From NCBI GenBank assembly GCA_938017575.1, contig CALIJC010000043.1, positions 1-49,892 on the forward strand: DNA of 49,892 bases. The letters are read 5' to 3'. The stretch comes from an uncultured Patescibacteria group bacterium. Its GTDB lineage: Bacteria > Patescibacteriota > JACMRA01. Made by a program: the position numbers and the translations under genes. Below are positions 11,601 to 20,420 of this stretch, piece after piece (position 1 is the first letter of the stretch; each line of letters starts with the position of its first letter). Under the pieces are notes generated by a model. That model made no database searches. It was given only the letters and a program-made list of their open reading frames with translations, and had not been told where the DNA came from.

Positions 11601-14600
11601 GTTGAGGTTGGAACTAATTGTGTTATTGAATATACCGTCACCCTAGATCCAATTCTAGATGAAGGTACTACAATAAGTAATGAGGTGATTATTGACCCAA
11701 GTAGTGAGGGAGGACCTGGAGCTGATCCAGAATCATCTGATATTGATGTAGATGCAACCCCTCAGTTAAATCTATCTAAAAATGTTTCTGAAGTAGCTCC
11801 TGAACCAGGTGAGACTATTACTTATAATATTGTAATTGAGAATACAGGAAACGGAACTGCGACAGGGGTAGATCTTGATGATACTTTGACTTCTACTGTT
11901 GTTGATTCGATTAGTAACGTAATTATTACAAACTGTGGAACTGCTTTTGCTGATAACTCTACGCCAGCTGCTGTTGGCATTGATGATCTTGAGATTGTAG
12001 TTGGTACTGACTGTACAATAAGTTATGATGTATTGATTTCTAACCCGGCTAACGAAGGGGAGACAATAAATAATTTAGTTGATATTACTCCTGCTGATGA
12101 AGGAGGAAACGATCCAGATCCGGTGAGTGCAGATGAAGCAGTAGTAGATGCTACCCCTGATCTTGCTGTAACAAAAGATAATCAAAATCCAGATAATATT
12201 GTAAATCCAGGTGAAACGGTAACATACCTTGTTGAAATTACAAACAATGGAAATGGTGATGCTACAGGTGTAGACTTGGCTGACACTATCACATCATCAA
12301 TTGTAGATTCAGTTAGTAACTTCGTGCTCACAGATTGTGGAACTAACTTTGTAAATGGATCATCTGGACTTGGTATTTCGATTGCAGATTTAGAGATTAT
12401 TTCTGGCGAAACATGTAGTATTGAATATGATATTTTAGTTTCTAATCCAGCAAATGAAGGTGAGGTGATTAACAACTCTGCAGATGTTAGCCCAGCTGAT
12501 GAAGGGGGAAACGACCCAGATCCCGTTAGTGCAGATGAAGCAGTGGTAGACGCAACTCCAGATCTTGCTGTAACAAAAGATAACCAAAATCCAGATAATA
12601 TTGTAAATCCAGGAGAAACAGTAACATACCTTGTCGAAATTACAAACAATGGAAATGGACAGGCAACTGGTGTTGATTTGACTGATACTATCACCTCATC
12701 AATAGTCGATTCAGTTAGTAACTTTGTATTAACTGATTGTGGGACTAATTTTGTAAATGGTTCTGCTGGTTTAAATATTTCAATTGCAGATTTGGAAATA
12801 AATCCTGGCGAAACATGTAGTATTGAATATGATATTCTTGTTTCTAATCCAGCAAATGAAGGTGAAGTGATTAACAACTCTGCAGATGTTAGCCCAGCTG
12901 ATGAAGGGGGAAATGATCCTGACCCAGTAAGCTCAGAGGAAGTGACAAATGATGCAACTCCTGATTTATCAACCAGTACAAAAGATGTGTTTGATGTTAA
13001 TGGGGGTACATTGGAGCCGGGTGATATTTTAGAGTATACTATTACCATTATTAATACTGGCAACGGTGCTGCTACAACAAATATTACTGATGCTATTCAA
13101 TCAGATACATCTCTCGACATAAGTTCAATTACAGTAACTAATTGCGGGGCAGGATTTACAGATAATTCTGATGCTACTCAGGTTCAAATAGATGATTTAG
13201 TGATTGGGGTAGGGACTAACTGTACAGTTGTATATGAAGTGATAGTTAATTCTCCACTTGATGAAGGTACTGTTATTAGCAACAATGTTTTAATTGACGA
13301 TCCGGTTGAGGGTGGTGACGGAGCAAACCCATCTGCAACTGATGTAGCTGTTGATGCAACCCCTCAATTAGATGTGACTAAGACTCTTTCTTCAGAATTC
13401 CCTGAGCCTGGTGAGACTTTCTCATATAATATTGAGATTGAAAATTCAGGAAATGGTGCTGCTACTGGGGTTGATCTTGTGGATACTCTGTCATCCTCGG
13501 TTATTGATTCTGTATCAAATATCGCTTTGACCAATTGTGGAACTAGTTTTGTTGATAGTTCTTTAGGTCTTTTGATAGACTTAGTAGATCTTGAAATACA
13601 AGCTGGCTCAACATGTGAAATTACATATGATGTTACAGTTTCTAATCCAGCTAACGAAGGTGAGACAATCAACAACTCCGCCGATGTAGGACCAGCTGAT
13701 GAAGGAGGAAACGATCCAGATCCTGTGAGTGCAGATGAAGCCCAGGTTGATGCCACTCCTGATTTAGTTGTTGATAAATCTTCTTCTGATTCTATTGTTA
13801 ACCCTGGTGATAATTTAGAATATACAATCACCATAACTAATACTGGTAATGGAAATGCAACTGGAGTTGATTTGATGGATACTGTTACTTCGTCAGTGGT
13901 GGATTCAGTTTCAAATTTCTCACTAACAGGGTGTGGTAGTAGTTTTGTAAATACTTCAACTGGATTAAACATTACGATATCTGACCTTGAAATTAACACT
14001 GTAGATGATTGTGTAATTACTTATGATGCCCTTATCTCTAATCCAGCCAATGAAGGTGAGGCAATAAACAACTCTGCTGATATAGGACCAGCAGATGAAG
14101 GTGGAAATGATCCAGATCCATTTAGTCCAGATGAAACAAATGTTGATGCTACACCTAATTTAAATGTTTCAAAATCACCATCAACTACCACTATTCAACC
14201 TGGAGGTGCTATCAATTATGAAATTATCATTAACAATGATGGTGATGGTGATGCTTCTGGAGTTGATTTAATTGATACAATAACTTCAAGTGTCGCTGAT
14301 AGTGTATCAAATATTTCGCTGAGTAACTGTGGAACAAACTTCACTGATAACTCAATTGGTTTAGGTATTGATATAGAAAACTTGGAAGTTGTTGTAGGAG
14401 TGGATTGTGTTATTACATATGATGTAAACATCTCTAATCCAGCTAACGAAGGTGAGACAATTAATAACTCCGCCGATGTAGGCCCTGCTGATGAAGGTGG
14501 AATTGATCCAGATCCAGAAAGTGGTAGTGAAGTTAGTGTAGATGCAGTTCCTGACCTATCAACAAGTACGAAAGATGTGGTTGATGTAAATGGAGGTGAG

Positions 14601-15959
14601 GTTGAGTTAGGTGATGAGCTTCTTTATACAATCACAATAATTAATTCTGGTGATGGTGATGCAACAACTAATATTTTAGATGTTATTCACCCTGATACCA
14701 CATTGAATTTAGCTAGTTTGAATATTATAGGATGTGGTTCTACTTTGGTTGATAATTCCTCAGCTTCTCAAATTCAAATTGATGATTTGGTTATTGAAGT
14801 TGGAACAGATTGTGTTATTCAATTTTCAGTTAATATTAACTCTACATTAACTACTGGTATTACAATCTCAAATGAGGTGGTTATTGATAATCCAGATGAA
14901 GGAGGTAATGGTGCAAATCCAACCTCTGATGACCTAACTGTAAACATTGATTTGGGTCTTGATATTCAAAAAACTGTATATGAAGGGTTTAATGCTGGGG
15001 TAGATTGTTCTGCTGCGACAGATGAACTTATTATTGTTGATCCGCTTCAGCTTGATAGAGATATAACTTATTGTTTCACTATAACAAATATCAGCTCAGT
15101 TTACCTTGATCAGATTAGTATTAATGACGCTAATTTAGGAATAACCGAAGTAGATATGTTAATTGAATCAGGGTCTACTCCTTTGGCACCTGGAGACACT
15201 TTGGTTTACTACTATGAGGCGACTACAAATAAGAGCTTGGATAATTTTGTAGAAGTTTCTGCAACTGGAGTTGATAGTAATGGTGATGAAATTTCTGGTT
15301 GTGATTGTGGTGTAAATAATTCTGATGAAGCAAGTTTGGTTATTGTCTTTGACCCACCTTTTGGAATTAAAACTGGAACTTTTGAAGGTAATGATATAAT
15401 AAACTGGAATATGGTTTGGATTAATGGTTCAAATAATCAGGCAAATAATGTAATTATTACTGACGAAATTCCAGAAAATCTTACATTTAACGGTAATTTA
15501 ACTTGCGTTCCTGATGGTGCCTCAGTTGTAATTAGTTGTGATTTTGAATCTCCATCTGCTACTTTTCCAAGAGGGAGAGTGGTTGTGGTGGTAGATATAG
15601 CTCCTGATGGTCCAAGTGCCACAGATGAATTTAACTCGGAAAATGAAATTGTAATTAGCTTTGACAGTATTTTGGTCAATAATGAACCAGGAACTATTAT
15701 TACTAACCAGGCTGAGTTAACTTGGGATGCTGATGGTGATGGAGTAATTGATTTTACTGAATTGTCTGATGATCCTAGTGTAGCTGCCCCAGATGATGCA
15801 ACAACAGTTACAATTCCTGAGCTTAGCCTTCTTAGAACTGGTGGTGAGGTGGGTAGAAGGTTATTACCAATTGTGCTTTTAGCGTCTGGATTAACGATTT
15901 TAGTTGTATTATTAGTCAACAAACAAAAATATAATAACTCTATTTATTATAAGAAATAG
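5697..15959 (+). CDS. Giant acidic cell-surface protein (3420 aa): signal peptide, N-terminal head, about 17 tandem DUF11/isopeptide Ig-like repeats, LLRTGG + TM + basic tail
   Basis: Repeats of about 134 aa: DATPDL..K…PG…Y.I.I.N.G…D…CG…C…N. C-terminal hydrophobic helix followed by KQK…KK. Confidence 0.9.
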   Translation: MFLGKFKKAKILLLVIPILLSLVLNFPQSRFNFSIDSNAEGSKELMSNGGNRPRKYASSPVKVYVEVGETIYLGSNTGAINYSAPDGTAGNCTITNNLTNAAQENAGPLPNAGGYNPCTVTVAPGQEGVWYIDFASNSVQYWDVTVRDSGGTTIPGRAYMNRFVGNLAGFSRNLNSTFYVQTNDCYTYQVNMNGLDPYVFQFYSNNKGIRDGLGNPTYQSGNSNTGVHNPEAPDTATDITHKLFLTPPDPNMPATAPIADTEGETWLYCDPVIPSITNVEFFGIEGTQDQMGTNPLGGTISFDSNTPGLLSTVTLDLNNDGILGNGNDRTLTVTSVAGTNSIFWDGLDGLGVPVNAASGVSYNLPLNLAFNGGEVHFPIWDAEGSGGLQITRLNGPGAPDSTVYWDDTNIGIANFNDDGVASTPVGSEPNDGAGGNDPQLPSKSVAGGADSTVAGTHAWGKNGANYDGDGDTFGNRRLIDTWAFVEIPPVDQTLTFDIVETDLEIVSKTIDPDTIFEVGATTNFEIVVRNNGASDSVGAKILDSIPAEFTNLSLGSCTSTGGAVCVSDSFSGSDFEAVADIPSGDQVTYIINAEIGSLPANDMLMNTAYALRSADSTDPDATNPDSAPPVDPQAECDAAGASATCNNKKTAVLKPDPEIGIAKEISSFNVNADGTVTATYDIIVENTGNITLNDVNIDENLNNTFSGASYVVDSYSSPDFTVNPGFNGGGNTTLLDTGQSLDVGDSGLVQVTVTVTPATPAGNYDNSATAFASTPGGSGVKDASQNGNDVDPDSDPNEDPTDNNDPTPFPDFVNLNDSKKGVTDLNGGSTEPGDVLEYTIVITNQGNVTATGVDVGDIIDTDTVLDTSSVNLANCGTSFVDSSTITELNLSDVEILVGTDCEITFNVTINDPTDQGTLIENSARIRPTDQPGNGVVVDSPDLVVDGTPDLSTSTKSYTDLNGGDVEPDDEIEYTLTLINSGNALGTGIDVFDTIDPNTNTLANITLSNCGAGFTDSSTGTDLDITDLEVAVGTDCIITYSVLVNNPLPPGTILSNDVLIGGADEGGSGAFPATNTDPVSSTPDLSGASKSAVDLDGGTTQPGDRIEFTITIPNSGNSNATGVRIEDIVDSVFIVDQSSLSVVSGCGAGFDSSASSGNTIEIDDLEIDTTNPCIITFEVNIATPLDEGTLLDNVVTVFPADEGGNGSVPAAIPTLIVDATPDLSTSTKDVVDLNGGTVEPGDDLRYTINVINTGDGNATGVDLDDVIDINTENITNFSFTDCGGSFVNNSTSTLVDILSLEISTTDPCVITYDVSVKSPVDEGTVITNQVDIEPSDEGGVGGDPSSPDLTVDATPDLSSSTKDVVDLNGGTVEPGDVLQYDIRINNTGNGSASGVDVLDVIDTNTTLTTASIIITNCGTSFVDSSTTTQLDISDLEIAPSTTCRIIFSVVINTPVNEGILITNTATVSPADEGGSGSTPSSPDQTIDATPNLIVDKYHDKPTNIVTPGETITYTIEIENDGNGAGTTSFTDTISSFVGAPSNFVYTNCGGSESDSFADPTLSISNLVIQAGTICEVSYDVVADSPLNSGTVISNSADAAPASEGGNDPASESSDDISVDATPNLSTSTKTVSDLNGGTVEPGDTLEYTITMINTGDGLGTTGLTDEIDPSLTLDVASITENNCGAIFTNTSDSDTVSYTFLEVAVGTNCVIIFEAEVISPVNEGVLIGNTAVIPTTEEGGPGGSPSAPDVSVDATPDLSISKDENDADDIVTPGQVITYQVSLENNGNGQATGVDLTDTVVGNVSLVNNFTFTDCGTNYVDSSSGLNISITDLEIDPGSTCIVTYDITVATPNVEGDTINNSADAGPADEGGNDPAADSADELTTDVTPDLSTSTKVAVDTNGGTLEPGDTIDYTITIINTGDGTGTTNITDVIQAETDIDLASLSITGCGTGFTDNTDSTQVQIDDLEVEVGTNCVIEYTVTLDPILDEGTTISNEVIIDPSSEGGPGADPESSDIDVDATPQLNLSKNVSEVAPEPGETITYNIVIENTGNGTATGVDLDDTLTSTVVDSISNVIITNCGTAFADNSTPAAVGIDDLEIVVGTDCTISYDVLISNPANEGETINNLVDITPADEGGNDPDPVSADEAVVDATPDLAVTKDNQNPDNIVNPGETVTYLVEITNNGNGDATGVDLADTITSSIVDSVSNFVLTDCGTNFVNGSSGLGISIADLEIISGETCSIEYDILVSNPANEGEVINNSADVSPADEGGNDPDPVSADEAVVDATPDLAVTKDNQNPDNIVNPGETVTYLVEITNNGNGQATGVDLTDTITSSIVDSVSNFVLTDCGTNFVNGSAGLNISIADLEINPGETCSIEYDILVSNPANEGEVINNSADVSPADEGGNDPDPVSSEEVTNDATPDLSTSTKDVFDVNGGTLEPGDILEYTITIINTGNGAATTNITDAIQSDTSLDISSITVTNCGAGFTDNSDATQVQIDDLVIGVGTNCTVVYEVIVNSPLDEGTVISNNVLIDDPVEGGDGANPSATDVAVDATPQLDVTKTLSSEFPEPGETFSYNIEIENSGNGAATGVDLVDTLSSSVIDSVSNIALTNCGTSFVDSSLGLLIDLVDLEIQAGSTCEITYDVTVSNPANEGETINNSADVGPADEGGNDPDPVSADEAQVDATPDLVVDKSSSDSIVNPGDNLEYTITITNTGNGNATGVDLMDTVTSSVVDSVSNFSLTGCGSSFVNTSTGLNITISDLEINTVDDCVITYDALISNPANEGEAINNSADIGPADEGGNDPDPFSPDETNVDATPNLNVSKSPSTTTIQPGGAINYEIIINNDGDGDASGVDLIDTITSSVADSVSNISLSNCGTNFTDNSIGLGIDIENLEVVVGVDCVITYDVNISNPANEGETINNSADVGPADEGGIDPDPESGSEVSVDAVPDLSTSTKDVVDVNGGEVELGDELLYTITIINSGDGDATTNILDVIHPDTTLNLASLNIIGCGSTLVDNSSASQIQIDDLVIEVGTDCVIQFSVNINSTLTTGITISNEVVIDNPDEGGNGANPTSDDLTVNIDLGLDIQKTVYEGFNAGVDCSAATDELIIVDPLQLDRDITYCFTITNISSVYLDQISINDANLGITEVDMLIESGSTPLAPGDTLVYYYEATTNKSLDNFVEVSATGVDSNGDEISGCDCGVNNSDEASLVIVFDPPFGIKTGTFEGNDIINWNMVWINGSNNQANNVIITDEIPENLTFNGNLTCVPDGASVVISCDFESPSATFPRGRVVVVVDIAPDGPSATDEFNSENEIVISFDSILVNNEPGTIITNQAELTWDADGDGVIDFTELSDDPSVAAPDDATTVTIPELSLLRTGGEVGRRLLPIVLLASGLTILVVLLVNKQKYNNSIYYKK
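12147..12950 (+). repeat. Near-identical 402-bp tandem duplication inside the giant gene
   Basis: Two DATPDLAVTKDNQNPDNIVNPGE… units start at 12147 and 12549. Confidence 0.9.
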
Positions 15960-15982
15960 AGCATAGTGTTTAAATGAAATAC

Positions 15983-16010
15983 AATCCACTGTTTTAGTGG
16001 GTTTTATTTT
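15983..16010 (+). terminator. Probable terminator after giant protein 1
   Basis: ATCCACT-GTTTT-AGTGGGT hairpin followed by a T-rich tract. Confidence 0.6.
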
Positions 16011-16099
16011 TAAGTTAATGAAATTAGACTTCGTAAATAAATATGAAATTTCTTTGACATTCTTTCTTTGTTAGTATAAAATACTACTAACTTTTAATC

Positions 16100-18745
16100 A
16101 TGCTAGACGATCTTTATAATAACCAGCCCTCTAGGACACAGGAAACTACCCAAGATGGGGGAGGGAGTGTTTTACCTAGCTTTGATGTTGGTGGTATTTT
16201 TGGAGATCTTTTTACCTATTTGCTGGTTGGGTTAGGGTTAATTTTGGGATTTTGGTTATTGATTAGATATCTTAGAGGTTTGTTATATCGCAAAACTCGA
16301 TTAGCTAAATGGAAAGATACAGTTATTTTAGAAGTTACTAAACCGAAAGAAACCAAAGAACAGGCCCAAAAAGAAGGGGGAAATCAAAAAGATGATAAAG
16401 AAATGTTGGCTTTTGGAGAGCAGATTTTTGCAATTTTGTCAGAATACTCAGTTGGCCGTTGGAAAAACTATATTTTTGGAAATGAGAAATTTAGCTTTGA
16501 GATAGTAAATATTGATAAAGAAACTAGATTTTGGATTACTTGTTCTCGTGAAGTTTCTGAGGTTATTTCTAGACAAATTGTTGCTGTTTACCCAAAGGCA
16601 GCAATCTCAGAACTAAAAGAAACAGAGTTTTTCAAACCAGACACAGCAGCTTATGGCGTGGAATTAGATTTGTCTGTTCGATATGAATTACCATTTAGGA
16701 CATACAAAAACATCGACCAGGATCCTCTAAATATTTTGACTAACTCAATGACAGGTGTAGGGGAGGGAGATTCAATGGCTATTCAAATGGTTATTAGTCC
16801 AGTTGAAGATGGTTGGCAAACTAACCCAAGGGTTCTTGCTAGTAAAATTCAACAGGGTCAATCTCCTAAAGAAATTTTGTTTCCTTCGACTGATTTCTTA
16901 TCTGTAATTAGTAAATTTATTGGTGGGGTGTTTAAATTTTTTGGAAAAAATGATAGTAGTTCTAATTTGGATAACAAAGAGCGCAAAATTGATCTAACTG
17001 GTAAAGAGCAGGCTATTCAACTAACTCCACAGCAACAAGAGATTGTTAAAAAATTAGAAGAAAAATCTAGTCGCCAAGGTTTTGTATTTAATCTGAGATT
17101 GGTTGCTAGCAGTAAAACAGAAGCTAGAGCAAAACAACTTGTTGATGGCATGGTTCCAGCTTTTCAAGTATTTGATAACCGACCTTTTAATTATTTTAAA
17201 AAGAAAAAATCACGCAAACCAAAAGATGTTGTTTTCGATTATGCTATTAGGTCAATTGATAAAGATTTAAAAAAGATAATTAACGTTGAGGAGTTGAATT
17301 CGATCTGGCATTTACCGAATTATTTAACTCAAACCTCGAATATTAAATGGCTGGCTGCTCGAAAACCTGCTGTTCCTTTGTTGATTCCAGGGCCAGGTGA
17401 GGGGAATGTGTTTATTGGGACTGCTAAAAGTGGTGCGGTGGAAAAAGATGTATATATTAAAACTGAAGATAGGCTGAGACATTGTTATGCTTTGGGAGGT
17501 ACCGGAACTGGTAAATCTGAGCTGATGGGACATGTTATTTTGGAAGATATTAAAATGGGTAATGGTGTTTGTGTAGTAGACCCTCATGGTGAATTGATTG
17601 ATAATTTGATGTTAAGGATGCCAAAAGAGGCTCTGGATAGGGTGATTTTGTTTAGTCCTAGTATTACTGATTTTCCAATTGGAATGAATATGCTAGAGGT
17701 GGATGAAAGGAAGCCAACTGAAAAGACTTTGGTGATTGATATGATGTTCTCAATTTGGGATAAATTGTATGATCTAAAAGCGACCGGTGGTCCAATGTTC
17801 GAGCAGTACATGAAAAACTCATTGAGATTGATAATGAGCCACCCTGATAGTGGTTCTACGTTGATGGAGGTTAGTAAAGTATTAGCAGATGAAGATTTTA
17901 GAATGTTCAAATTAGCAATGTGTCAAGATGAACAGGTTGTTGATTTCTGGGAAAAAGAAGCTACGAAAGCTGGTGGAGATGCTAGTTTGGAAAACATGGT
18001 GCCGTACATTACTTCGAAATTGGCTCCTTTTGTAACTAACGATTTCCTAAGGCCGATTATTGGACAGCAAAAAAGCGCGATTAATTTCAGGCAGGCAATG
18101 GATAATAAAAAAATTGTTTTGTTGAAATTAGAAAAATCATTAATTGGTGAAGGTTCTAGTTATCTACTTGGAATGGTAATCATTGGTTCGATATTACGAG
18201 CTGGAATGGGAAGAGCTGATGGAGTTAGGGTGAATGAAGACGGTTCAACAGAAGAGATATTGGCATCTGAGAGAACTCCGTTTTTTGTGTATATTGATGA
18301 GATGCAGAATTTCTTGTTTGATGCTATTCCACAGGCTTTGGAGGAAATTCGAAAATACAAAGTTGGGTTTTATTTAGCTCACCAATTCGTAAAACAGGTT
18401 ATTAACAAAGGAGATGAGAGGATAAAAGATTCAATAATGAATAACTGTGCTAATAAATTTATATACCGCATCGGAGCTGATGATGCAAAATATTTAGAGC
18501 CGTTTTTCTCTCCTACGTTAATCGCTGAGGATTTAATGAACCCTGAGAAATATACAATCAATACGAGAATATTAGTTGATGGTCAGCAAACCACACCGTT
18601 TAATTTCTCACCAGAAACAACCTTTAGCAAGCCAATTGATAAATCTGTTCGTGATGAGATTATAGAAATGACCAAAACAAAATATGGTAAAGCTAGAGAA
18701 CTGGTAGAAAAGGAAATTAAAGAAAGAGGTAATTACATGTTTTAA
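16100..18745 (+). CDS. Membrane-anchored VirB4/TraD/HerA-like P-loop ATPase (type common in CPR genomes)
   Basis: N-terminal TM, Walker A GGTGTGKS, VVDPHGEL, Walker B YIDEMQNF, RKY…LAHQ motif. Confidence 0.88.
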   Translation: MLDDLYNNQPSRTQETTQDGGGSVLPSFDVGGIFGDLFTYLLVGLGLILGFWLLIRYLRGLLYRKTRLAKWKDTVILEVTKPKETKEQAQKEGGNQKDDKEMLAFGEQIFAILSEYSVGRWKNYIFGNEKFSFEIVNIDKETRFWITCSREVSEVISRQIVAVYPKAAISELKETEFFKPDTAAYGVELDLSVRYELPFRTYKNIDQDPLNILTNSMTGVGEGDSMAIQMVISPVEDGWQTNPRVLASKIQQGQSPKEILFPSTDFLSVISKFIGGVFKFFGKNDSSSNLDNKERKIDLTGKEQAIQLTPQQQEIVKKLEEKSSRQGFVFNLRLVASSKTEARAKQLVDGMVPAFQVFDNRPFNYFKKKKSRKPKDVVFDYAIRSIDKDLKKIINVEELNSIWHLPNYLTQTSNIKWLAARKPAVPLLIPGPGEGNVFIGTAKSGAVEKDVYIKTEDRLRHCYALGGTGTGKSELMGHVILEDIKMGNGVCVVDPHGELIDNLMLRMPKEALDRVILFSPSITDFPIGMNMLEVDERKPTEKTLVIDMMFSIWDKLYDLKATGGPMFEQYMKNSLRLIMSHPDSGSTLMEVSKVLADEDFRMFKLAMCQDEQVVDFWEKEATKAGGDASLENMVPYITSKLAPFVTNDFLRPIIGQQKSAINFRQAMDNKKIVLLKLEKSLIGEGSSYLLGMVIIGSILRAGMGRADGVRVNEDGSTEEILASERTPFFVYIDEMQNFLFDAIPQALEEIRKYKVGFYLAHQFVKQVINKGDERIKDSIMNNCANKFIYRIGADDAKYLEPFFSPTLIAEDLMNPEKYTINTRILVDGQQTTPFNFSPETTFSKPIDKSVRDEIIEMTKTKYGKARELVEKEIKERGNYMF

Positions 18746-18835
18746 ATATACCGAAGTTTATATTTGATTCCAAAATTTCTCAGAAAATATTGATAATTAT
18801 TGTATGTACAAACAAGCTAAAGGTGTTTGATGTGT

Positions 18836-19204
18836 TTATAGTTCTTTGAGATGGGTTTTTTTGAATGTACCGGGGTATTTAAGACCATATCCAAATAGTC
18901 TATCAAAATTAATATGAGCTAGTTGGATGAGTGCCAGATAAGTTAGAAATTCATTATTAATATACATTCCAAGGAAAAATATCACTACTCCAATTCCAAA
19001 ATAATGAGTGAAATTATATAAATATGAGCCGATTTTTCCTCCTAATAAATATCCAATGAAAGCAATGTCAGGAAACCAGAATAATAAGACTATCCACCAA
19101 GAGAATAATGAGTGCTGGGAAACTAAATATAAGAAAAAAATGAATAGAAGTAAATATTCAGTTTTGAGCAAAAGTTGTATTAATTTTGGTGTGTCAGTTT
19201 TCAT
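18836..19204 (-). CDS. DUF4260-family membrane protein
   Basis: PDI..IGYL…YN.TH…AHI.FDR.FGYGLKY…FK.THL signature. Confidence 0.85.
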   Translation of the reverse strand: MKTDTPKLIQLLLKTEYLLLFIFFLYLVSQHSLFSWWIVLLFWFPDIAFIGYLLGGKIGSYLYNFTHYFGIGVVIFFLGMYINNEFLTYLALIQLAHINFDRLFGYGLKYPGTFKKTHLKEL

Positions 19205-19294
19205 CTATTTAGATTCAGCTCGATCTTGGTTGTATTGTCAATTTGTCTATTAATTATATAATTGTTATAGTTATTTTTGTAATAAATATGATTT

Positions 19295-19822
19295 ATGAAA
19301 TTTGAAAATTTTGAAAAAGCTTTGACTGGTGGACATCCTAATTCTCTTGGGAATACCGAAGAATTAGTTACAGAGGTGTTTAAGAATCCTGAGAGATTTG
19401 ATGAGCTGTTTAATTGTTATTTTAGCGATGATGAGGTTGTTCGGTTGAGGGTTTCTAGTTGTATGAAAAGAATTGAAAAATCAAGTTCAAATTTGGTTTA
19501 TAATGTAATGGATAGGCTTTTAAGTGAAGTTAGCAAAATTGATCAGGCCTCTACTCAATGGACTTTGGCTCAGCTTTTTTTGGCAATGCAGGATAGGATG
19601 ACGGGAAAAGAAATTGTCCGAGCAAAAGAGATAATGAAAATAAATTTAGATAACTCTGATGATTGGATAGTATTGATTCAAACAGCAGTTACTTTGGCTA
19701 AATGGTCTAAAGATGATAATGAACTACTGAAATGGCTACAACCAAAGTTAGAAAATATGAGTAAAGATAGTAGAAAATCAGTTTCAAACAAGGCCAAGAA
19801 ATTATTATTGGAATTCAAGTAA
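19295..19822 (+). CDS. Conserved hypothetical helical (HEAT-like) protein
   Basis: LTGGHPNSLG…DEVVRLR…QWTLAQL…DWIV; all-helical pattern. Confidence 0.6.
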   Translation: MKFENFEKALTGGHPNSLGNTEELVTEVFKNPERFDELFNCYFSDDEVVRLRVSSCMKRIEKSSSNLVYNVMDRLLSEVSKIDQASTQWTLAQLFLAMQDRMTGKEIVRAKEIMKINLDNSDDWIVLIQTAVTLAKWSKDDNELLKWLQPKLENMSKDSRKSVSNKAKKLLLEFK

Positions 19823-19991
19823 ATATTAATGATATATCTAAATTAGGTAATATATTAATTTTAGTTAAGTATTTCCTGAATAATCTGGAGTTAACCAAGA
19901 AGTAGAATCAACTTTAGTTGGCTAGTAATTTGTCGGGTAGATTGCTATTATTTGACAAAACCTTAACTAGTAGATATCAGTTGTCTAGAAA

Positions 19992-20312
19992 ATGACTCTG
20001 AGAGGGTTTAAGATGAATTTTTTGTTTGGTTATGAATTTGATAATCTAAAAGCAATAACTAAAATAAGACTGCGGATACTAGTCTATGTAACTTTATTAC
20101 TTAGTACTTTTGGATTTATATACACTTTAAATAGATTACAACCAAGCTTGCAAGTACCTGTACTGTTCTCAGGGGCTTTTCTTGCAACTATTTGTTTAAT
20201 TGCAATTACTTTTCAATTTCTGGATGAACTAGGTAAGTGGGTGATAATTTTCTTAGTTGGTTTGGGTGGCGCCGCCTTGGTAACCATGTTTTTTAAAATG
20301 CTTCCTGTCTGA
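19992..20312 (+). CDS. Hypothetical membrane protein (about 3 TM)
   Basis: Three hydrophobic segments; the start may be the Met at 20013, which follows GAGGG. Confidence 0.55.
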   Translation: MTLRGFKMNFLFGYEFDNLKAITKIRLRILVYVTLLLSTFGFIYTLNRLQPSLQVPVLFSGAFLATICLIAITFQFLDELGKWVIIFLVGLGGAALVTMFFKMLPV

Positions 20313-20420
20313 TGCTGGTTTGTATTCTCTTTTGTGAGTGTAGGGTTTATCTACACTCTATTTTTGACAATTTTATATATTTTTGAGAGTTTTAGAAAGT
20401 TATTTTGAGGGTGTGTTAAC

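Noticed and set aside
7169-15922. Many antisense and alternate-frame ORFs within giant protein 1 (likewise within 33161-46635, ftsH and the ATPase)
   Set aside because: Shadow ORFs produced by codon bias and repeats of the real genes.
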